Source of the DNA: Bdellovibrionota bacterium
GTDB lineage: Bacteria; Bdellovibrionota; UBA1018; CAIPTA01; JAALKR01
Length of the DNA: 64,000 bases
NCBI GenBank assembly: GCA_965207455.1
Contig: CBDBMJ010000001.1
Coordinates: 544,001 to 608,000 of the forward strand
Direction of reading: 5' to 3'
A model generated the notes under the pieces. It had not been told where the DNA came from. It worked only from the letters and a program-made list of their open reading frames with translations, and made no database searches. Made by a program: the position numbers and the translations under genes. Positions 58,201 through 64,000 of the stretch are shown here, one piece after another. Within the stretch, counting starts at the first letter, position 1. The number at the start of each line of letters is the position of its first letter.

Positions 58201-60080
58201 GATATACACCAGTTGCAGTTTCTGGTCTAACGAATGCGGTTCAAATTGCCTTGGGGGAAGAACACACCTGCGCAGTTCTTCGTGACGGCACAGCCAAATG
58301 CTGGGGAGCTAATAGTAGCGGGCAATTGGGTGATAATAGTTTAACCAGGAGAAATACAGCAGTTGCAGTTGATGGTATAACGAATGCGGTTCAAATTGCC
58401 TTGGGATATACTCACAGTTGCGCAGTTCTTAATGATGGCACAGCAAAGTGTTGGGGAAAGAATAATTTTGGGCAGTTGGGTGACGGTTTTACAACTAATA
58501 GACGTAAACCAGTTGAAGTTTTTGAGTTAACGAATGCCGCTCAGATTGCCTTAGGAGATTTTCACACCTGTGCGATTCTTACTGATGGTACAGCAAAATG
58601 CTGGGGGCGGAATAACTATGGGCAATTGGGTGATAGTACAGGAACCCAGAGAAATACCCCAGTTGCAGTTCTCGAGTTAACGAATGCGGTTCAAATTGCC
58701 TTGGGATCTTATCACACCTGCGCAGTTCTTCGTGACGGCACAGCCAAATGCTGGGGGTATAATAATAGAGGGCAATTGGGTAATGGTAGTACAACCCATA
58801 GATCTACACCAGGTACAGTTCCTGTGTTAACGAATGTGCTTCAAATTGCCTTGGGATCAGCGCACAGTTGCGCAGTTCTTCGTGACGGCACAGCCAAATG
58901 TTGGGGGTGGAATGCATATGGGCAATTGGGTAATGGTAGTACAACCCAGAGAACTACACCAGTCTTCGTTGATGGTTTTTCCACTCCCTACCTTTTTCCC
59001 ACGGAAATTGCTGGGGGAGAAACCCACAGTTGCGCACTTATGAATGATGGCACAGCCAAATGCTGGGGGTGGAATAACTATGGGCAATTGGGTAATGGTA
59101 CTAAAGACAGTAGTTCAACACCAGTTAAAGTTTCTGATCTAACGAATGCGATTCAAATTTCCTTGGGAGATAATCACAGTTGCGCAGTTCTTAGTGACGG
59201 CACAGCCAAATGCTGGGGGTATAATAATAAAGGGCAATTGGGTGATAATACTACAGCAGATAAATTAACACCAGTTAAAGTTTTAGGGTTAGCGAATGCG
59301 GTTCAAATTGCCTTGGGAGGGTATCACACCTGCGCACTTCTTCGTGACGGCAAAGCAAAGTGCTGGGGGAATAATAATAGAGGGCAATTGGGTGATGGTA
59401 CTACAACCCATAGATCTAAACCAGTTGCAGTTCTCGTGTTAACGAATGCGGTTCAAATTGCCTTGGGAGAAAACCACAGTTGCGCAGTTCTTCTTGACGG
59501 CACAGCAAAATGCTGGGGGTGGAATAAATATGGGCAATTGGGTAATGGTACAGGAACCCAGAGAAATACCCCAGTTGCAGTTCTCGAGTTAACGAATGCG
59601 ATTCAAATTTCCTTGGGAGGTTACCACAGTTGCGCACTTCTTCGTGACGGCACAGCCAAATGTTGGGGGCGGAATGGTAATGGGCAATTGGGTGCTAGCA
59701 CTACACAGACATGTGGCACTGCAAATATTCCTTGTAGCAGCACACCAGTTGCAGTTGATGGGTTAACGAATGCGGTTCAAATTGCCTTGGGATTTCACCA
59801 CAGTTGCGCAGTTCTTCGTGACGGCACAGCCAAATGTTGGGGGTGGAATGCATATGGGCAATTGGGTAATGGTAGTACAACCGATAGATATACACCAGTT
59901 GCAGTTTCTGGGTTAACGAATGCCGTTCAAATTTCCTTGGGAGATAATCACAGTTGCGCAGTTCTTAGTGATGGCACAGCCAAATGCTGGGGGAGGAATG
60001 CATCTGGGCGATTGGGTGATGGTCATACAACCGACAGATCTACACCAGTCTTCGTTGATGGTACATTATTAAATCCATAA
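55254..60080 (+). CDS. Giant pilin-like adhesin: class III leader, fibre-like repeats, three RCC1 propellers (gene B)
   Basis: Leader NQSG|VTLVGVVVAAG; VGIG..P repeats; C...FCN/YCDG..W; about 6-7 diverged blades, a Cys-rich linker, then 14 near-identical blades. Confidence 0.85.
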   Translation: MLTKPISGKRPFSNQSGVTLVGVVVAAGLLGVLTLFSMQVQINLIGSQETTDNRYAFNNIQSNIRQLLGSPKACRETLEGQIIPNLPNNYLSVSDIRDDTGSATYSQGSSYEGGRVLISKMDLSSFVPSESGSHEGTAELLVFFQSATNVPGTIDAKPRRIALSIKTNLTTRSITKCSALFSEKNDNSWRENVQKDLYFDASYVGIGVENPENELDILGDAKFKGSLNVIGLYDLKTIKVGFSGDCNAGSQRYNTGTDTMEFCNSGSWEAMGSLWSQTDTGNFYTDPAKNVGIGTETPEKKFHVDGNAKFDGYMRMDSSSGSSQALAVQGRVIIGQNLDSSSSIVIPPTLASDDTQFGVDGDVEIEGTLETSTMQISHGSQACNGESIGVTKRSGSGQFKYCDGNNWQVLLPEDVNFVKEEDDEILEVDKIMVGKNHTCTYFTNKKVKCFGKNNKGQLGDNTNNDSGTPVYVEDDGGNHLEDVAAISTHGESDSTCARMVDGTVRCWGANNEGQLGNGSSSDSNHAVAVNDISTATLISVAAKHACVRLSDGTAKCWGANDEGQLGDGTKFQRNTPVLVKDSSGTDNREDITSIETGNDRTCINYEVGGETRSGCWGKDGDQTAPGNTDDSLFSGPVDIAIAGDHICMRPQSGTVQCWGLNQFGQLGDGHTSSDETYRSEPKLVIGITSAVKIAVRNGSSCAILRDKSLWCWGQITNDISSNKAVKVVGFENVVDVRLGYYHNCVTFEDGTGKCWSNDPSSVTNQEGLVSNPDNSISTESETLEIFDHAETVGQFRFRPCGGVIRHKSESTGVVGDRRSCAVGSAFHNDIVDGVCVQSLNCSFDGSGYGRERVCESAQGTCKYTCSNSTWTRKTNNCEKLVTRVHSPDGPPPVWPIQIASGYYHTCVVLNDGTAKCWGRNNKGQLGNGTKDSSSTPVKVSDLTNAVQISVGDNHSCAVLSDGTAKCWGNNEDGQLGDGHTTNRYTPVAVSGLTNAVQIALGEEHTCAVLRDGTAKCWGANSSGQLGDNSLTRRNTAVAVDGITNAVQIALGYTHSCAVLNDGTAKCWGKNNFGQLGDGFTTNRRKPVEVFELTNAAQIALGDFHTCAILTDGTAKCWGRNNYGQLGDSTGTQRNTPVAVLELTNAVQIALGSYHTCAVLRDGTAKCWGYNNRGQLGNGSTTHRSTPGTVPVLTNVLQIALGSAHSCAVLRDGTAKCWGWNAYGQLGNGSTTQRTTPVFVDGFSTPYLFPTEIAGGETHSCALMNDGTAKCWGWNNYGQLGNGTKDSSSTPVKVSDLTNAIQISLGDNHSCAVLSDGTAKCWGYNNKGQLGDNTTADKLTPVKVLGLANAVQIALGGYHTCALLRDGKAKCWGNNNRGQLGDGTTTHRSKPVAVLVLTNAVQIALGENHSCAVLLDGTAKCWGWNKYGQLGNGTGTQRNTPVAVLELTNAIQISLGGYHSCALLRDGTAKCWGRNGNGQLGASTTQTCGTANIPCSSTPVAVDGLTNAVQIALGFHHSCAVLRDGTAKCWGWNAYGQLGNGSTTDRYTPVAVSGLTNAVQISLGDNHSCAVLSDGTAKCWGRNASGRLGDGHTTDRSTPVFVDGTLLNP
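57936..60062 (+). repeat. 14 tandem ~150-bp intragenic repeats (two 7-bladed RCC1 propellers)
   Basis: Unit QIxxGxxHxCAVLxDGTAKCWGxNxxGQLGxGxxxxRxTPVxVxxLTNA, near-identical at DNA level. Confidence 0.95.
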
Positions 60081-60092
60081 AGGAGAGTAAGC

Positions 60093-62591
60093 ATGGGAAG
60101 AAAGGTTGATAGAATGATGAAAAAAATAGTTCTTTTAAAAAAAATAATGGGCACGGAATCTGGTGTTTCTTTAGTGAGTGTAATGATAGCGGCAGGGATA
60201 TTGGGTATAGTTACACTTTTTTCTATTAAAGTTCAAGAAGGAATGATAGGAGGAGCAAAGTCTGTGGAGCGAAGGCATTCCGTAATGGGAGTATTTTCTA
60301 ATATTCGTTCCTTTCTTGCTAATGCTGAGGTTTGTAAGGAAAGCTTAGCTGGATTAAAGCCCGCAGAATCCGTTCCTGAAATAAAGGATGATAAAGGGAA
60401 TGTAGTATACCAAGAAAATAATTTTTATGAAGATGGAAATATTCAGCTTCAGTCCATGAATCTTTCAGCTTTAACAGAGAGCTTTAGTGGATCCAGCAGA
60501 GGGTTTCTTGATTTGAATGTAGTATTTTCTCAGGGAGAAAATAGGACTGGAAGACAATCCTTAGGATTTCTTCCCAGGAGGATTCGCCTTTATGTGGAAA
60601 TAGACCCTAACAATGATGGTGTTATTAAAAACTGTATTACTGTTGCGGGAAAAAATAGTGGAAACTGGCAATATGGATCCAATGAAAGTTTATACTATAT
60701 GGGTAATTCTGTGGGGGTTGGAACCAATAGTCCTGGATCGAAATTAGATGTTCAAGGAAATGCTAAAATAGAGGGACAAATGGGAGCTCACCATGTAGAG
60801 AGTAAGGGTGCTATACAAGTGGGTCAAACAGCAAGTACCTTAGCTTGTTCTGGAAACAATAGGGGAACCCAGCGCTATAGCGTTATTGGTGGTGAAATTG
60901 TTATGCAGTTTTGCAGTGAAAATCGTTGGAAAGCTATGAAAGAGATTTGGGAAGAAAACGGTTCATTTATATTCTCACCCACTGATAGTATTGTGGGTAT
61001 TGGAACCAATACCCCCAGTAGTACTGAAAGATTGGAAGTGAAAGGTGATAGTTGGTTTCAAGGTTTTATGGCTATGAGTGCTCCGTCCGGTTCCTCTAAA
61101 GCACTGGTGGTACGAGGAAATGTTCGTATTGATGACTCATCCTCTGATGCAGACACTGTTTTGCAAGATCCAAGCACATCAGTAAGGTTAGGTGTAAATG
61201 GAAATGTAAAAATAGAAAAATCCATTAAATCAGTATTGTGGCTGAAAGACGGTGGTGCGAATAGTATAACTTGTGATGCTACTAAAGTAGGGTCAGTGCG
61301 AAGTAACGTTAGTGAATTACAGTATTGTAATGGAACAGCTTGGAAAACCATACAAACAAAAAAATTGCCAACAGTGGATCAAATTGGGAGTGGTCTATAT
61401 CATTCTTGTGCAAAAATTAACGATGGAATTCAAACAACAGCTAAATGCTGGGGTTCTAATACCTGGGGACAATTAGGCATTGGAAAGTTTGGACAGAATA
61501 TTCCCGTACCCACTACAGTATTAGAAAGTGGTACACCTGAGAGTAACCCGATACCTTTTAAGCAAATTAAAGAGCTTTCTTTGGGTGATAGCCATACCTG
61601 TATAATAGCTGGAACTAATAGAAAAGCTTATTGCTGGGGAAATAATCATTCCTATAAATTAGGTATTGATGGTTTTGAACAGAGGGACGCTGATAATAAG
61701 CTCACATTTAAGATTCATCCTACTGAAATTGTTAAAACTATTGCTGATGATCCATTTACTGATATAGATAAGATATCCGCAGGTTTCTATCATACTTGCG
61801 CTGTTAAGAATCAAGCGGCTTGGTGTTGGGGTGGAAATTTTTATGGTCAAATTGGAAATGGAGAGTCTGGTAATGACAAATTTGTAAAACTTCCCACTAA
61901 GATTAATACTGATGGGTATGTGGTAGATGTGGCTGCCAGCGAATCTTTTACTTGCGCATTATTGGCGAATAAAAAAGCACAATGCTGGGGGGCTAATTGG
62001 TATGGTCAACTTGGTAATGACAATGATGAGTATAAAGGAAAAGGTAGTCCTGAACATATTTATGTAGAAGGAATTACTGATATAGCGCAAATTGCTGTAG
62101 GCTTGCGCCACGCCTGTGCTCGATTAGAGAATGGATCAATGTGGTGTTGGGGTGCTGGTTGGTCTGGGCAGCTAGGTAACGGTACTTTCGATTCCAGTTC
62201 TATTCCCGTTCAAGTAGAAACAAGTCCAGGGGTAGCGCTTCTTGGAGTTACTCATATTTCTGCTTCTCAATACCAAACTTGCGCTGTTTTAACTGGAGGT
62301 AAAGCTATGTGCTGGGGATTGAATAAAAAAGGAGAAGTGGGTAATGGATTAACTGAGAAAACCCATACTCCCGCTCTAGTATCTGATATTATAAATGTGG
62401 AAAAAGTTTCTGCAGGATATAACCATACCTGTGCGGTTTCCAACGAGCCTGTCAATGGTGGTAACCCTTTAGTTAAAGGAAGTACAGTTTCTTGCTGGGG
62501 TTCCAATTATAAGGGTCAACTGGGCGTTGGTCAGGATAGCTCAAGCCACAGTCTGCTTCCTAAAGCAACGCTTCTGTTGCTCCAAGACTAG
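60093..62591 (+). CDS. Pilin-like adhesin: class III leader, fibre-like repeats, one RCC1 propeller (gene C)
   Basis: RBS AAGGAG; leader ESG|VSLVSVMIAAG; VGVGT..P and VGIGT..P; C...FC/YCNG..W; seven RCC1 blades. Confidence 0.85.
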   Translation: MGRKVDRMMKKIVLLKKIMGTESGVSLVSVMIAAGILGIVTLFSIKVQEGMIGGAKSVERRHSVMGVFSNIRSFLANAEVCKESLAGLKPAESVPEIKDDKGNVVYQENNFYEDGNIQLQSMNLSALTESFSGSSRGFLDLNVVFSQGENRTGRQSLGFLPRRIRLYVEIDPNNDGVIKNCITVAGKNSGNWQYGSNESLYYMGNSVGVGTNSPGSKLDVQGNAKIEGQMGAHHVESKGAIQVGQTASTLACSGNNRGTQRYSVIGGEIVMQFCSENRWKAMKEIWEENGSFIFSPTDSIVGIGTNTPSSTERLEVKGDSWFQGFMAMSAPSGSSKALVVRGNVRIDDSSSDADTVLQDPSTSVRLGVNGNVKIEKSIKSVLWLKDGGANSITCDATKVGSVRSNVSELQYCNGTAWKTIQTKKLPTVDQIGSGLYHSCAKINDGIQTTAKCWGSNTWGQLGIGKFGQNIPVPTTVLESGTPESNPIPFKQIKELSLGDSHTCIIAGTNRKAYCWGNNHSYKLGIDGFEQRDADNKLTFKIHPTEIVKTIADDPFTDIDKISAGFYHTCAVKNQAAWCWGGNFYGQIGNGESGNDKFVKLPTKINTDGYVVDVAASESFTCALLANKKAQCWGANWYGQLGNDNDEYKGKGSPEHIYVEGITDIAQIAVGLRHACARLENGSMWCWGAGWSGQLGNGTFDSSSIPVQVETSPGVALLGVTHISASQYQTCAVLTGGKAMCWGLNKKGEVGNGLTEKTHTPALVSDIINVEKVSAGYNHTCAVSNEPVNGGNPLVKGSTVSCWGSNYKGQLGVGQDSSSHSLLPKATLLLLQD

Positions 62592-62622
62592 CTATAACTG
62601 TTTTGTGTGATGGAGGAGAATT

Positions 62623-64000
62623 ATGAGAAAAAAAGGCAAAACCACTTGGTTGAACTCTTCAGGTATGAGTTTAGTTGCTGTAATGATAGTTGTGACGTTT
62701 ATGAGTTCCTGTGGCAATGGAACATTTGAAGTTACAGCAGATTCCACAGGTGTGACGGGTACCACGAGAGACACAGCAAGTAAAATACTTTTGGGACGCG
62801 ATCATACTTGCGCACTTATTAGTGATGGCACTGTAAAATGTTGGGGAAATAATTTTTATGGGCAATTGGGTAACGATTCTACGGATGATAGCACCACCCC
62901 TGTTATAGTTTCTGGACTCTCTAACGTACGTCAAGTTATATTATATTGGGAACATACTTGCGCAATCATTAATGATGGTACTGTGAAGTGCTGGGGAAAG
63001 AATGAAAATAGTCAGTTGGGTGCTAGCACTACACAGACATGTGGCACTGCAAATATTCCTTGTAGCAGCACACCCGTTGAAGTTTCTGGCTTAAGTAATG
63101 TGAGTCAAATTGCTTCAGGAGCGTATCATTATTGTGCATTATTAACTACAGGCTCTGTAAAATGCTGGGGTTTAAATAGTTCTGGACAATTGGGCGACGG
63201 CAATGGTGGTAATACTGGAGATAAAAGTCCAACACCTGTTCTCGTTTCTGGGATTACCAATGCAAGTCGAATTGCCTTAGGACATTATTATAGTTGTGCA
63301 TTATTAACGACTGGCTCTGTGAAATGTTGGGGGCGAAATAGTTTTAGGCAGTTAGGCGACGGTACTTCTGAGCAAAGAACGGTGCCAGTTGCCGTTTCTG
63401 GGATTACCAATGCAAGTCAAATTAGAGCTGGGGAAGATTCCACCTGTGTTATTTTAAGTGACGCTTCTGTAAAATGCTGGGGAACTAGTTCTTATGGGAA
63501 GTTGGGTTATGGTAGTACAGATCATACCGCAATACCAGTTACAGTTTCCGGTATTGATAACGCAAGTCAAATTCTTATGTCCAATGTTCACGCTTGTGCA
63601 TTATTAACCACTGGTTCTGTGAAATGTTGGGGGAAGAATGAGTCCGGGCAATTGGGAAATGGCAGTGGTGGTAGCAGTGGAGATAAAAGTTTAGCACCAG
63701 TTGAGGTTTTTGGCATTACTAATGCAAGTCAAATTGATATTGGCTACTATCATTTTTGTGCATTATTATCGACTGGCTTTGTGAAGTGTTGGGGCTTGAA
63801 TAGTTCTGGGCAATTGGGCGACGGCAATGGTGGTAATACTGGAGACAAAAGCCTAGTACCGGTTACAGTTTCTGAACTCAGCAATGTAAGCCAACTTTCA
63901 TTAGGAGGTCATTATAGTTGTGTTGTTTTAAATGATGATACTGTGAAATGCTGGGGTCAGAATAGTGATGGGCAGTTAGGCGACGGTTCCACAGATGATC
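62623..64000 (+). CDS. RCC1-repeat surface protein, runs off the window end (gene D; absent from the ORF track)
   Basis: RBS GGAGGAG; MRKKGKTTWLNSSG|MSLVAVMIVVTFMSSCGNG...; at least 8 blades (H.CALL.TGSVKCWG.N..GQLG); no stop before 64000. Confidence 0.85.
   Translation, partial: MRKKGKTTWLNSSGMSLVAVMIVVTFMSSCGNGTFEVTADSTGVTGTTRDTASKILLGRDHTCALISDGTVKCWGNNFYGQLGNDSTDDSTTPVIVSGLSNVRQVILYWEHTCAIINDGTVKCWGKNENSQLGASTTQTCGTANIPCSSTPVEVSGLSNVSQIASGAYHYCALLTTGSVKCWGLNSSGQLGDGNGGNTGDKSPTPVLVSGITNASRIALGHYYSCALLTTGSVKCWGRNSFRQLGDGTSEQRTVPVAVSGITNASQIRAGEDSTCVILSDASVKCWGTSSYGKLGYGSTDHTAIPVTVSGIDNASQILMSNVHACALLTTGSVKCWGKNESGQLGNGSGGSSGDKSLAPVEVFGITNASQIDIGYYHFCALLSTGFVKCWGLNSSGQLGDGNGGNTGDKSLVPVTVSELSNVSQLSLGGHYSCVVLNDDTVKCWGQNSDGQLGDGSTDD

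Noticed and set aside
57936..60062. Diversity-generating retroelement acting on the RCC1 repeats
   Set aside because: No reverse transcriptase or non-coding template repeat in the window, and the variation recurs as shared segments rather than adenine-only changes against one template. A trans-acting DGR elsewhere cannot be excluded.
57936..60062. CRISPR array
   Set aside because: The repeats are 150-bp in-frame coding units with no unique spacers and no cas genes.
685..62934. Numerous short antisense or alternative-frame ORFs in the track
   Set aside because: Shadows of well-supported genes, with no motifs or RBS.
52407..64000. Shufflon-type invertible adhesin locus
   Set aside because: All genes are co-oriented with their own starts; no inverted cassettes, sfx-like sites or recombinase were seen.
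1..64000. tRNA, rRNA or riboswitch genes
   Set aside because: None recognised by eye in the intergenic gaps; a tRNAscan/Infernal run would be needed to exclude them.

Overview
Bacterial chromosomal window, probably from a deltaproteobacteria-like lineage such as Bdellovibrionota (inferred from gene content only). Mostly housekeeping genes: pilB-pilT-pilC, pyk, rpsU-yqeY-dnaG-rpoD-lolA-yajQ, maeB-ridA-nadK-recN-hemW, ndk-nadE, mltA-mscS-hutG-hutF, folE, pyrC, uppP and tdh-kbl-mutY. Three accessory regions stand out. (1) A higBA module bracketed by a 39-bp direct repeat. (2) An AT-rich, integrase-free defence/TA island of about 9.6 kb (39.2-48.8 kb). It holds an MqsR-like/MqsA-Panacea pair, an orphan XRE gene, a type II R-M cassette with a frameshifted endonuclease bracketed by two copies of a ~126-bp sigma54-promoter element, a duplicated unannotated Lys-rich 48/53-aa ORF flanking a possibly PemK/MazF-like 339-aa gene, and an IetAS-like AAA ATPase/S8 protease pair with a damaged protease. 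(3) From 52.4 kb to the window end, a tandem array of at least four large genes with pilin-like (class III) leaders lacking Glu+5 and RCC1 beta-propellers; the first three also carry fibre-like GIGTxxP/Cys modules. The propeller blades show a conserved scaffold, hypervariable surface codons and segments exchanged between genes. This array is the best candidate for a novel system: a diversifying pilus-tip adhesin repertoire. No rRNA, tRNA or CRISPR array was recognised.
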